Both the position numbers and the translations under genes were made by a program. From NCBI GenBank assembly GCA_965287045.1, contig OZ336885.1, positions 62,744,001-62,808,000 of the forward strand: a stretch of DNA of 64,000 nt, given 5' to 3'. This DNA is from Carcharhinus amblyrhynchos. Taxonomy: Eukaryota. A model generated the notes under the pieces. The model was not told the DNA's origin and did not search any database. It saw only the letters and a list, made by a program, of their open reading frames with translations. Positions 25,266 to 38,064 of this stretch are shown here, piece after piece; the stretch's first letter is position 1; each line of letters opens with the position of its first letter.

Positions 25266-26418
25266 TTAACATAGAACGTAGTATACTACAGCACAAATAC
25301 TCCCTTCGGCCCACAAGTTGTGCTGATCATATCCATACATACCAGGCCTATCTATAACTCTCAATACCATTAAATGCCATGTACTCATCCAGAAGTCTGT
25401 GAAAAAGACCCCATGGAGTTCGCCTCTACCAACACCGACGGCAACCGATTCCACTCACTCATCGTCCTCTGAGTGAAAAAGTTACCCCTGACATCTCCTC
25501 TACACCTGCTTCCCAGCACCTTAAACATGTGTACTCTTGTAGCGACCATTTCAGCCCTGGGAAATAGCCTCATTGAATCCACCCTATCTATACCTCTCAA
25601 CATTTTATATCAGATCGCCTCTCAATCTTCGTCTCTCCAGGGAGAAGACACCTATCTCCCTCAACCTATCTTGATAAGACATGCCTCACAATCCAGGCAG
25701 CATCCTTGTAAATCTCCTCTGCACACTCTCAATAGCTTCCAAATCCTCCTTGTATTGGGGTGACCAGAACGGCGCACAGTACTCCAAGTTAGGTCTGACA
25801 ATGTCTTATAAAGTTGCAGCAATATCTCCCGAATCGTAAACTCAATCCCTCGATTACTGAAGGGTAGTACATCATACACCTTCCTGACCACATCCTCCAC
25901 CTGCGAGGCTGATTTAAGCGTCCTATGACCCGTACCCCAAGGTCCTTCTGCTCCTTAACAGTGCTGAGAGTCCTACTATTGATATTGTATTCCTCCATCC
26001 CATTGGACCTGCCAAAATGGACGGCTACACATTTATCCGTGTTGAAGTCCATCTGCCACTTCTCCGCCCAGTCGTGCATTTTATCTACCTCTCGTCGCAA
26101 CTTCTCACATCCCTCGAAACTATCCACAACACTACTAACCTTCGTGTCGTCGGCGAACTTACTAACCCATCCCTCCATTTTCTCTTCCAGGTCATTTATG
26201 AAAATGACAAACAGCATGGGCCCTGGAAAAAATCCCTGGGGCACTCCACTGGTGACCGACCTCCATGCAGAAAAAAGACCCATTCACAACCACTCTCTGC
26301 CTTCTGCAGGCTAGCCAGTTCTGGATCCACAAGGCAACAGCCCCTTGGATCCATGCCCTCTCAGCTTTTCAAGAAGTCTTGCCTGGGGGACCTTATCAAA
26401 TGCCTTGCTGAAGTCCAT
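25266..26418 (-). mobile_element. CR1/HER1-like LINE 3' fragment with RT motifs
   Basis: 'VTSGVPQG…LFVIFINDL…SKFADDTK' in ORF 25789-26283; same family as 9755-10460. Confidence 0.93.
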
Positions 26419-28789
26419 TGCTCTGATAGGAAAATGTAACGCTATTCAAAAAAAAAATCCATTGTGAATATTTATTTAAGGGACATACTATAAAAATGCA
26501 TCTGAAGCGTTTCAAAAACAATGGGAATGCTGACAGTATGTGCCACTATTCGCTTAGTAAGTATTAATGATGCTGAAACATCAACCAATATAACCAATTA
26601 ATAATTTCCATTTTTCCCTTTCTTGTTATTCAGATCTGACTAAATGTCATTATTTTCAAAATGCAGTTTTGATGGGCTATAAGGCAATATTTAACCCGAT
26701 TAACTCAAAACCAGCAACATGCATTTGAAATAACTTAAACAAATCTGTTGTATTCGGCAAGAGCCATCCATTAGCAACATTGGACAGACACAGAAGCGAG
26801 GGTGTCCGAAAATAAATGACGAGTATATTGCAGGTGTATGGATTATCTGTGAATGTAGCACAATGAGCAACTGTTTTGAGGAACTCAAGTCATTGATCTA
26901 CAATTTCACAACATTCCTTCAGAACGTGTTTGTTAGTTTCAGTACGATACAGCTGCACACAATTGTGCCCTCCTTTGAGGGTTTTTGAATATGTGGTTAA
27001 AGGCACGATATGTCAATCACAATCTGCTCCACAGCAGCAAAACTTCTGTTTCTGTTGAGTTGCTCGTCAGTTCTTCGCCAAACTCGATGTCTTCCCAAGT
27101 ACTATCCATAGGCCTCATAAACTGAAAAAAAAAACACAATAGATTGAATTGTGTGAAGTAATCTGCGCCTCCACTATAATGCATGTAATTGTATTGCTCA
27201 TATTGCGTTATTTTTGTCAAGTTGTATTTCCCTAATTTGATGTGTTTGATTCTACATTAATAGATGGAACCACATTCCAAGGCTATGGTTGATTTACATT
27301 CTTGTTAAGAAGCAACTTTAGGATGGTTGCCACCTCTTCAGACGATACATGTTACATAATCCTTCACAAATAGTTTCGAAAGAATATTATTGTCAACTTT
27401 TATTTTGTTTCACCCTCGCTATATCAGCAGACTAATATTCAACCTGCATGCTCTCTTGATGTTTTCATCGCGACACATCGGATCAACTCCCATATTTAAT
27501 CATATATCAGTACAATAACTGTGAATTCCAGTGTTACTTTCCATGCTGCACAATACTGTTTTATTATTGCAATTTTTATAGTATTGCAAATGTTCTTTTT
27601 TTCGAGTGCATGCACTTGTTCCATTTCCATTTTCGCGTCATGTCAACAAAACGAGAATGTTCTGACCAGTGCATTTGCAAACAGCAACAGCAAACAGCAA
27701 TCAACAATGATTCAGCAATTCATTACCTCCCATCATAGGTATCTTGCATTTAGTGCTGAATATTACAAATGCTATCTGTTCCAGAGCCAGTTTTCCGAGA
27801 TCGGAATGCAGATTTTTTTTTGAACGAAATGCTCCATAACAGAATGAAACAGTCATTTCCCATCAGTGCCACAGTTCCCACCCCACCAACAACTCTCGCC
27901 CCAAACGCACACCGTACCCCCTCACCTTCCCCATCCCCATTCTGTGGTGCACAATTTCCTCAATTTGTACGTGACTGCTCAGGAGTCTTGCCTATACCTT
28001 GTTCTTGACATTTTGAAGGCATTTAATTCCGCGGGCGTGCATTAACTCTACATTAACATTTGCTCGAATAAAAGATGCCACACGCGTCAGCTGGCTGCGG
28101 TCTCCTACTTCAGCTTTGCCAGTGTCTGACATTGTGCCACACTTCATCACAACAAACAGATGTATATCCACTTGATAAAAATGATTTTATATCCGACTTT
28201 GCTAATTCCATTTGAATTTTCATAGATATGGAACAATCATTTTGCGATTTAATTTCGGGACGTTTTCCACGACGGTAATTCGAAACCAAAGCTGCGCTGG
28301 ACGCAGAAATTACAAGCTCGTAACAACATTTGATGTATGTACTGCTGTGTCGGACGGACGCTGGGCACTGAAGGCGTGTGTTCTCAGACACACTCTGCTG
28401 TTTCTCCTCTGTATAGTACTGGTCGTTGGAGTGCAATTATGCCAACTATGTAACATCAGCGGGTTCCTGCAGTACATCTTGCAAATACTACGCATTAGTT
28501 TCAATGTGGGCCAGCGTTAGATGATTGGAATGTTTCTCGGACTGGCAGAATCAAGCAGATTAATTTGTCTGGGATGTTTTGAAAATTATGCCTTTCAATT
28601 GTGGAAAGAAAATTTCGGAATCAGCAGTTCTGTTCATATCCGCAAAACTCCGAGCCTGTTCCCTGATCTGACAGCAATAACATTTGCATCGCTAGTTCAG
28701 ATCAGTTTTGTGTCAATTGTACGAATCATGGCATAGATACTGGAGTACTGAGTTATGGTAATCGGTTTGAGTTTCGATGGGAAATACTT

Positions 28790-29385
28790 AGAGTCTTTCA
28801 GCCACAGAAGTTTACAGCATCAAAATAGGCCTTTCGGCCCAGCTTTTAAACTCTTCAGTTAGTCTCAATTGATCACGTTTAGCCCATTTCCATCTGTACT
28901 CCTCTTATCCAAAACTATATGTGTTTTAAAAGACAAAATAGTTCTCGAATCTACTGCTAAATCTCACAGCTTAATCCAGACATTTACCATTCTCTGAATG
29001 AAAAACAAAACCCCGTCTGGATCTTTTGTATCTCCCCCTTTCACCTGAAACTTATGCCCTCTAGTTTTAGACTCCCATAACTTTGGGAAGAGATATTGGC
29101 TTTCTAGCTGATCTATGTCCCTCTTTAATTTATACACCTCTATAAGATCAACCGTCAGCCTCCTACCCTCCAGAGGAAAAAAAAAGTTCCAGTCAATGCA
29201 GCACCTCTGTACAGCTCCAACAATCATGTCCCGGTTGCATCCTACCGGCAGTCTCGTCTGCACTCTTTCTAGCTTCGCAATGTCATTTCCATAATCGAGT
29301 GACGAGAACTGTACACCTTGTTCCAAGTGTGGTCTCACCACTATTTTTTACAAGCTCAACAGACGCCCCAACTGCTGTATCCAAC
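28790..29385 (-). mobile_element. CR1 LINE 3' fragment
   Basis: 'VRPHLEQGVQF…LERVQTR…DLIEVYK…FFIQRMVNVW'. Confidence 0.85.
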
Positions 29386-29977
29386 AATTTGACACATAGA
29401 TGGAATTTTGTTTAAGATATCAATTGTTTGATATTTCTGCGGCACTTCTTCGCTTACCACTTCCCAGGCTATGCTGGGTCTAGCTGCATTCGGAAATTGA
29501 ATGCTTCATTTTTACTTGAATTGTCATATGTCTCCATGCTTCATTGCAAACTCAGACTCTCAGACAGCTATGAGATGTCAGCAAAATATTATTCTGTGTT
29601 CCCCACCACAGTGGCTCTGAAAAAAAATGTTAAAAATAATCTTGTATTGGACTGATATCTTCCTCTTTGTACATTTCATGACATGAGCAAATTACATCTT
29701 ACCACTGAACATGGTCATGAATGTCAATAATTTTGTCTGATGATACAGAAAACATTCCCAATTGTCTCCAAAAGCCCGACCTCTTTTTTGTTATCTGAAT
29801 TTTCCACTGCAGCGTGAATGTTTTTGAATAAACTATCAATATATTTACATTGTATACTTTGACAAGAAAATGGTAAAAAAAAATCAATTAATTTGAAATA
29901 ACACATATAGCATATGTTAAATCCATTGGGGATTAATACGGTATTGCACAAAATGTGTTTTTTTCTGTCGCTAACAG

Positions 29978-30004
29978 AGAAGAAATTCAAAGAACTAAAA
30001 GAAG
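29978..30004 (+). CDS. Candidate 27-nt phase-1 micro-exon, type B (EKKFKELKE)
   Basis: ttttttctgtcgctaacag|AGAAGAAATTCAAAGAACTAAAAGAAG|gtgagt; consensus donor. Confidence 0.85.
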
Positions 30005-30319
30005 GTGAGTCGAGCAATTGATTATCCTGTTCCTATGATTGAATTGTTCTCATATTGTACCAGTAAAAACATTTTCCAATCGGATCGTATAGTAAGCGAT
30101 TTGATTTTCAGAAATGTTTGAACTGAGTAAATCCTGCGAATGCAAGCGATTATTCATGCAAGATAGCTTTGCATAAATGAGATTTTGCATAATTTGGTCA
30201 GACTGAGGTTTGACAGGAACAGTGGTCCTTATGGTTTTCAGAAGAACGTCTTGCATTTGCTATGAAGATACATGATGCATCAGTTTTAATTTTCCGATTC
30301 CACTCGATTAATGAGCGAT

Positions 30320-31425
30320 TCCATAGATTGGAATATAATAGAAACAAGTGAGACTTTTATTCCGAAAGAGGGGGAGACAAGGTCAAGAAAAAAATAGATA
30401 TATATTTGAAAGTTAGCCCAACGCCTATCCGAGGGAAATTGCAGGAATTCATTATTACCATATGATTCGTGGGCTATTGACAAAATCCAAAGCCACGAGT
30501 AAGGGCTATTTTTAAAGGAAAACGCATTAGCCAATCTGTTGAAATTATTTGAAGGCCGCTTGTGCTTTGGGTGCAGCAGAATCAAGGAGGTGTACTCTAA
30601 TTGAATTTCCAGAACTTATTCAAAAATGTGCCACATCTAACATTATTGTAGAAAATAAAACAATAATTTAGAGCTTTTTTTAATATAAAGGCATGCCTTG
30701 AAGAAAAAAAACTAGTTCGCAGGCAGCAGAAAATAGTGATATATATGCATTTGTCCGGTGGATAGGTTGTGCTGAATTGTTTGTCAACGGGATCAGTGCT
30801 GGTATCTCTAAATTGATCGATGACTTTAACAAAGGGGCTAAAGGAACCTCCGTTATATTGATCAATGGTAGAAAGATAACTAAGATATAAATTGTAAAGC
30901 GAATGAGAAGAAATGCAAAAGGCAAACTCCTCACTATTCTGTGAACAACGAACTGGCGAATGGAATGTAATGTTAGGAAATATCAAATTTTCGTTCAGGA
31001 ATAATACTGAAAAAGCTCATTATATTGAGATTGCGAGATAACAGACTTCTGCATTGCTCACAGGTCAAAGTGCTCTGATATGTGTCCGTTATAATGCCAA
31101 TAGTTTAATGGGAATACTGCCGGATTGCTCTTGTTTATTGCGCAGAAAATTGATTACTTCATTACTGGAAGTTATGACTCAGTTTTGCAAGGTCATGATG
31201 AGCGGCGACGTAGCATTGTATGGAGCTTAGAACTCAGATTAAAGTAAAAATGAAAATGCGTAAGTGGCAGTAAGATATACTCAACTCATTCCAAGAATGG
31301 GTGGCTTTACTTATGAGGAAAATCTGCAGAGATCACGTTTGCATTTGATACAGTTTAAACGTGTAAGCAGGGACTTCATCGAAAACAATCCTGCATTGAA
31401 ATGTTTTGCCGGTGTAGATATGAGA
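30320..31425 (+). mobile_element. Old, heavily degraded CR1 RT fragment
   Basis: Residual motifs, e.g. ATTCCAAGAATGGGTGGCTTTACTTATGAGGAA ('IPRMGGFTYEE'). Confidence 0.6.
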
Positions 31426-31429
31426 CAAT

Positions 31430-32160
31430 GGGCCCGATTTCACCAAAAAATCGCGCCCGCTTTTGGGCGTGGAATGACAGAGAATTAGCGCGTTACCCTT
31501 ATAACGCGATCCACACCCGAAGCCGAGCAGATCGCGCCTTCACCGACACCCAATTTGGGCGTGCATTCCGTCCGCACCCCAATCGGGCGACCATAAGATT
31601 TAAGTAGATTACCATGCATTTAAATCGATTTAATGAACCGTGCGCCCAAATCGACTGCCAGACCCTACTTAACTGTCAAAGAACAAAGAACAAAAACAGC
31701 CCGGGAAACAAGCCCTTCGGCCCAACGAGCCCGCGCCTTTTTAACATTACCTGTCTCCCCTCCACCCATGACTCTTATCTATGCTTCTGGCATTCCACAT
31801 TGAGGTAAACTAATTTAGGGACAATTTATTACCTCCAATCAGCAGATCTTTGGGGTGTGAGAGGAAACCGGAGCACCCGGAGAAAACCCACGCAAGCACG
31901 GGGGTAATGCGCAAACTCCCACAGACACTGGCCCAAATCCATGTGTCTGTACAGCAAACAGTGATAGTCACTGAGCTGCCGTGTTGCCCAGTCCGTCTTC
32001 GTTCCGGATCCGCGCAACCCGCAGAATAAAAAATCCGAACCGGTTTCCTATTCTGCAGAGGAATCTCCGAAGCCCATCCTCCTCGAGCACCCTTCGCAGT
32101 CCCCCCGCTAATCACTCCGTCAGACCCCCACCCTCACGCCCGCGACCGGACCACCGGACA
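31430..32160. mobile_element. CpG-rich Harbinger-like non-autonomous element, interrupted by a SINE
   Basis: Starts GGGCCCGATTT, like shark Harbinger termini; abrupt CpG-rich composition. Classification is inference. Confidence 0.45.
31676..31989 (-). mobile_element. HE1/V-SINE-like SINE
   Basis: (CAAAGAA)n tail, GGAAACCGGAGCACCCGGAGAAAACCCACGCA core, tRNA-like head. Confidence 0.85.
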
Positions 32161-32326
32161 TACACAACTTTGATAAACAGTAATTTTCGTTCCTCTATTG
32201 CTGATCAAGGACCGTGAAAACGTATGGTATTACTAATGTAAGTGAAGCTTAGTCCGTGATTTTGACTCTTCAGATGCAACTTGCCCCTTCAAATGATCAA
32301 AGTTACTACATAAGTCTTCTTCACAG

Positions 32327-32353
32327 CGGCAGAGAAAGAAGCTAAAGAAAAAG
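32327..32353 (+). CDS. Candidate 27-nt phase-1 micro-exon, type C (AAEKEAKEK)
   Basis: tcttcttcacag|CGGCAGAGAAAGAAGCTAAAGAAAAAG|gtactt; paralogous to 51374-51400. Confidence 0.8.
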
Positions 32354-32799
32354 GTACTTGCTGAAAATTTGCTTCAATGCTGGTGGAAAGGGAAACACAA
32401 TTCTCATTTGCAACAGGGGACATTAAAGCTTTGGTGAATGCCATGCCACATTTTGAGCTTGTAACATGTCCCCAGTGAGTATTTTGTCATGTAACGTCAA
32501 CGCTTTTCAGCCCGACCATGTGAAGTTGTTCCTGGTTTTATCGATTACAAAGTAAACTTACGGCCGATGACGACACAGTTTTGGCATCTTTATAAGAGCA
32601 TCAGCCTTTCTTACCATTGGCACGTAGACAGGATGTTCACAGCCATCTTCAGTTTAAGCTGCTGTTTTAACCACCCACCTCTCCTGTGATCACAAATGCA
32701 ATAGATGTCAGTGGCTGAGTTATTGTCGAGATATCAAACAGCAGCTGAATATATTGGCTGACGGCTTATTACAATTGTGGAAAGTTGTTGAACGTGCAT

Positions 32800-33760
32800 G
32801 CTGCAGCGTGGAAGAATGGAACTGTAGTTAACACTGCTCTCTCAGAGCGGCATGGTACATGTTTCCAATCCTACTTAGAGTGATTGCTGTCGGCAGTTTT
32901 GCGTTTTCGGTTTTGTGTGCACCTTTCCTGAGGTGCAACGAATCACTCGCAAAATGCAAAGATGTGCACGTTAGGTGGTTTCGTCATACACAATAGCCGT
33001 TTAGTCCTCCCCAGATGTTTATCTTAGGCGTGTTAGCGCGAGTGGGCGAGACGACCACTACATACTCAGGGTGAAGTTCAATAACGGCACAGCTTTATTT
33101 TCTTAACGTCGACGGAGAAGCACAGTCAGGGCATACAATCGGACTGTCCCGAAAGTGCTCTAAAGACTCCCCCACAAAGGGCTATAGTTATACCTCAACT
33201 TCGCGTTTCAAATGCTAATCCTTTATTTACAGTATTTGACTTCAGCCATCCTGTTTCGATGTTTTCGAGTGGAGGAGCAATTGTTTTAAGTGTGTGTTAA
33301 TTGTTTTTGTCTGGTTGGTTATCAATGGTCTGGAATCTCCGGGGTTTGAACCATAGGTGTGTTATTGATCTCAAGAGTTTTGAGGGGCCAGGGACGCTTC
33401 CTTAACTGTGTTAATTTTAGGTGTCTCCATGGGTTGTTTGGCTAGTTTAGAAGTGCTGATTTTGATGGGGCGGGGATTTGTTCTTTAACTTAGTTCCTGT
33501 AGGTGCCATCCTGTCCAATTTCCCTTATGTGCTAGGCCTCATTTGCATTCTGAAATCATGCTCTTGCCTACTGATCAGTGTCTGTTACTTTGTGATTTTA
33601 GTGGAGGGCTCTGAGGATAACTTTAGTTTGCCTCCATTTTGTGTGCCCAATTTCATAAAATGTGTTGTCCGATAACAGGCGGAATACTGAGGTATATATC
33701 AGAATAGAAGAACAGGGTCTGGATGGTTTGCTCTTTTGGAGACACAGGCTCAATGGGCTC
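32800..33760 (+). mobile_element. Degraded HE1-like SINE split by the solo LTR
   Basis: CAAAGATGTGCACGTTAGGTGG before and CAGGCTCAATGGGC after the LTR follow SINE order. Confidence 0.55.
33031..33677 (-). mobile_element. Solo LTR, 647 bp, with 4-bp TSD
   Basis: TGTTA…TAACA inverted ends; GGCG at 33027-33030 and 33678-33681; minus-strand AATAAA near 33094-33099. Confidence 0.88.
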
Positions 33761-34027
33761 ATTCAATCCACATTAACTTTTCTGATCTGGCGAAAAATGA
33801 AACTGAAAAAAAAACTGCGAATCAATGTTGTCGACAGTTCTATGAACTTACATGTACAAATCAATCACTTGCTCAACCATATAATTTAGCTTACTTCAAG
33901 GGTCCTTCTCTTTTGACCGAAGTACGGAATTTATCGGAAATGAACTCTAGTAAATATATAGTTTAATTATCAAGGGGGATTTAGCCTCTTGTGGTAATGA
34001 AGATTAACCAAGTTTATAAAAGATTGC

Positions 34028-36194
34028 GGGGGCAATTTCCCACAAATTATCGAGTGTGGAAATCTGCTAAAATCGGGCGTGAAGTGAATAACATGATTTG
34101 CGTCCTGGGAGCAACACAAGACAGCCAAAAATTGGTCTTTCTGAATAATTTGGGATTGCTCCCGACATTCTTCCACTTGTTCCAGTGTGACCGCCTCACA
34201 ATCCTACATTCTGTGTTTATGTTACTGCATCCTAGCAGCTGAGGTAGAATTCATCTCAGCGGTATTGTATATAGAAGGTTGCCAGCTGAGTTCTCGCCTC
34301 CAGCAAGCCACCCCAAAGCACAAGTCTCCTATTTAGCCTCCCCCACCGATGTACACCATTAAATATGCCGTGCTCACCAGAGAATGAACCTTAAGACTGA
34401 GCAATAACTGGACCCACAGACATGTCATTATCTGACATGATGAACTGCGAGTTGGAAGCTGATGCCGAAATGATGCCACCCTCAGAGTCCATTAACTCAC
34501 ATGCTTCAAGGACTCAATCCGAACTATCTGTGGAAGGATGGGTGCGAATCGCAGTAGAGGCCACCATTTCAAAAGTTTTCAGGGCGTCCATAAAGTGATC
34601 GTATAACATCGGTTGTACTGTTAAGTGCAAGGGAGTGAAAGGAATCCGAGATACACAAGAATTGATACATATTTCGCTGCTGAACTCAGGACAAAGCGCA
34701 AAGAAGATGAGGGGTGCGATTTTTTGGTCGCGGCCTCCAACTTTTCTGACGGGTCGCCGTTGGAGACGCGTGCCACGGGCCTTGAACTGAAATTTGCAGA
34801 TGCGCTGCGAATGCATGCACATGTCGCAGAGCAGCAAACAGTCGCCGGTCAGGCCACACTAGAAACTGGTGGGAAGGCGGTTAATTTAAATATTTAAATA
34901 TATATATATATATTTCAAATACGATTATTAGTTCATTCTCGGGACGTTTCAGATCACTGAGATCACTGGAAAAGTTAAGTGAACTCATTCGGACATCATC
35001 TACTCATCAGCTATTGTCGTGGGAATGTCAATTTTCCTTTCTCCCCTCTGAACTTGTCACCAGCGCCGGCTGCTGATCCAATGCCCTGATTTTTCTCCTG
35101 ATATGTTGCTGCGCACCACATATAGAGGATAAACTGGTGCAGAATCACACACACACACACACTCACACACACACTGAGGCATAATTGCATCAAAATCTCC
35201 CGAAGCCATTGCCAGCTCACTTCATACTCCGAAGGCGCGTGGCACGGGTAGGTTAGTCTGTGGCATTACCCTCAGGTGGGTCTCTCTTGCGATTGTTTGA
35301 CCCGCTTGTTCAGTGAAATAGTGGAATACCTGGCTGGAATGAAGTTCGGCAATGGTGGATACGAGGAGGATCGAGCGGTGGTGGCGGGGAGGAGGCGGGG
35401 GGGGGGGGGGGGGGAGCGGGGTGAGGAGTGATGTACCCGTGTGGGTATGGGCAACCTGGTGGTGAAAGCCGGTGACCTCTCGTTCTACCAAAGGGGCATT
35501 TTACCCGTCCTCAAGGGGCACCTTGTCCCTGCCCATCAGGAATCGGGCGGTGCGGTCGAATGTGGGGGCGTGGGGGGGGGGGGCGGTGCCAGAGGGTAAT
35601 AGTTGCGGGCCGAAGATCCGGTGCCAGTCTGCGGACAAGATTGTTCTGCGATGCAAGCTGTGGTGGGCCACGGGCTTGTCTACAGGATGGGATTGGACTG
35701 CGTCAGCGGATGTATTAGTCAGTGGTCAGAGAGAAAAGGTTTGTCCGGTGTTCAGGGATCGCCACTGCCGGGGGCGGGGTGGTGGTGGTGGTGGTGGTGG
35801 GGTGGGGGGGGGCGGTTGAAGGGCCGATGTTTCCACTCTCTTCATCGGGGTGGCGTAGTCAGTGCTAGTCCAGGAATTGCTCTCGGGGCCGCGATGGGGC
35901 AGTGCGGATGGAGGGTGTTGGAGGGGTTGAGGGGCAGAACTGTGATATTCTCGGGCTGGCCAGCGATTGAACTGGCCAGCAAAAGGATAGTCTAAAAAAT
36001 CGGGACGACTGCACGTCCTAAACTGTCCGACTCCGGAGCGAATAGGCCCCGCCACCTGCGTTTGTCATAATTATCACGACGACGGTTTCTTCTGTGCACA
36101 GCGTGCAAGGATTCGGTTGAGAAGCTGAACTGACAAAACAGTCAGGATTTGGAATAATTTTCCCGCTATTTCAGCACATTTGGCAGAATCGCCC
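34028..36194. mobile_element. Harbinger-like non-autonomous element(s) with G-tracts
   Basis: Candidate termini GGGGGCAATTT (34028), GGGGTGCGATTT (~34710) and …AGAATCGCCC (36194); 36030-36194 is homologous to 46330-46480. Confidence 0.5.
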
Positions 36195-36499
36195 TCTGCA
36201 TCTCAGGAATAGACTCGTTGGCTCTCCAAGCCGGCAGCGAGCAGGCTATTCATTTGAATTGTAACCCTCTATTGTCCCAGTGACCGTATGTCTTTCCCCC
36301 TCAAAAAGGCCCCTTAAATTTTACTCTCTTGTATGTCTTCACGACCTCGTATGACAGCGAGTTTCAGGCACCCACCACACAACCTGTATAAATAAACATG
36401 TATTGAACGTTTCATTTAACCTTTGCCCCTCACAGCAAAGCCGCATGCCACTGAGAAAATGCCTTACATTGATTGGAGATTTAACAAGTGCAACATGTA

Positions 36500-38060
36500 T
36501 TGTCTTTAAACTAGGTATGTTGCAGTTCCCCTTCCTGAGGTGCAGCGCCCGCTCCTGAAAGTTTTTGAGGATTCATAGGTCTGGCTTGCCAACTCCAGTC
36601 TTCGCCCTCTCTCCGGTGTTATGCTTGGTCATTGCTGAGTGTAGAAGGAATGATGATGTGACAGTGCGGATTATCAGGGGCGGGTCTCTTTGGCCAAGCA
36701 GATTGTTACTTTTGGGGGAGAGGGATAGGAATGTGGTGTTTGGGGCTGAAAGCATGCAGAGTGCTGGGTGGGAGAATAGGGCAGAGATTTGGGGAAGATG
36801 CTAGATTCGGTGACGCCATCACCGTTGCAGCCCAGATGAGGTCATTGAACTTCTGCTGGCGCTTCTTGCCGATACTGCCGGCCAGTGGCATGGCACTGAT
36901 AGATGTAGCAGCTGCCTCCCAGGCCGCAATGTCACCAACTCTCCTGGCATCGTTTCCTGCTGGGGCGAAACTAATGACCCACCTTGCCTCCGCCCCACCC
37001 AGCAGCAAGCGGGGCCATCACCAATGACACTGGGGGCAGTATGTTGGGTTACTATTTGCTGCACTTCGGCCTGTCCATCTTTTTAATTATTTTATAGTGC
37101 TGCCCCTTGATATAACAGATCAGGTGCAGACATTTTGGCAGAGCATTTCAGTAAGTAACATCAAATGTCCTTGTTGGCATTGTAAGGAAAACAATGGAGT
37201 ATTTACTGGTGTGCTGATGGATGACTGGATCAGTGTCTCTATGATGATTAGGGAAGAGAGAGAGAGAGAGAGTCGCCTTGCCATCGTCAGAGTTCGGGGC
37301 AGATGAGGGCTATGTGTAGGAATTCCCTCGGTGGGGCAGAGGGGGAGGGGGAATCACTTTGCCCGAGACAGGAGGGGGGAAGCGGAGGGATCACTCTGCC
37401 TGAGATCGTTGGGGGTAATGGGGGTGTGGGGATGGGGTGGACAGTCATATTGCACGAGACTGATAGGGGGAAGGGGCCGGCGGGTGGTTGTTTGAGTCAG
37501 GGCTTTCTACCTTTTTTTCTGCGATTCGTGGTGTTGGTGGGGGGTTGGGAGCGATGGGGGGGCCTGGTGTTGGGGATATTGGTGGCATATGGAGGCCGCT
37601 GCCACTCTGCCTCGATCAGGAGGGGTAGTTTCACTGCTGCCACCTTTCCTGCGATCGGTCACGGCTGTCACTCGGCCTGTGATCTGTGATTAGAGGGACG
37701 GTGCCAGTTTGCCTGAGACCGTTGAGGGCAAAGAGGAGCCGCTTCAATTCTTCGTCTGAAGGGGAGGGAGGAAGGGACCGCGATCTGTCTGGGTGGTGGA
37801 GTGGTGAGGGCGTAAGGCGGTTATTAATGCAAGGGAACCTGTTGGAATGTGTCTGCATTCTATCATCTGTATGCACGTGCAGAGTTTGTGGCTGCTACCG
37901 GAGCTGCATTGTTTCAGGCGCGTTCACCAGTGCTCACAGGCTTCTGCATCGACATTCGAAATCGCGGATTTTTTTTCTGAGAACCTCAATTTGGGATCAT
38001 AAAACGGAACTGAAACTGTAGTTTTTTCAATACCGCTCAGCATTTAGTATGAGAATGGTG
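36500..38060 (-). mobile_element. Harbinger relic with Myb/SANT (ORF2) domain
   Basis: ORF 36706-37008: 'AAWEAAATSISAMPLAGSIGKKRQQKFNDLIWAA', matching the Harbinger Myb/SANT pattern W…QCRKKxNDL. Confidence 0.75.
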
Positions 38061-38064
38061 GAAT

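Noticed and set aside
27017-27122. Minus-strand acceptor followed by a short ORF (FMRPMDSTWEDIEF…)
   Set aside because: Isolated, with no partner exons or recognisable homology.
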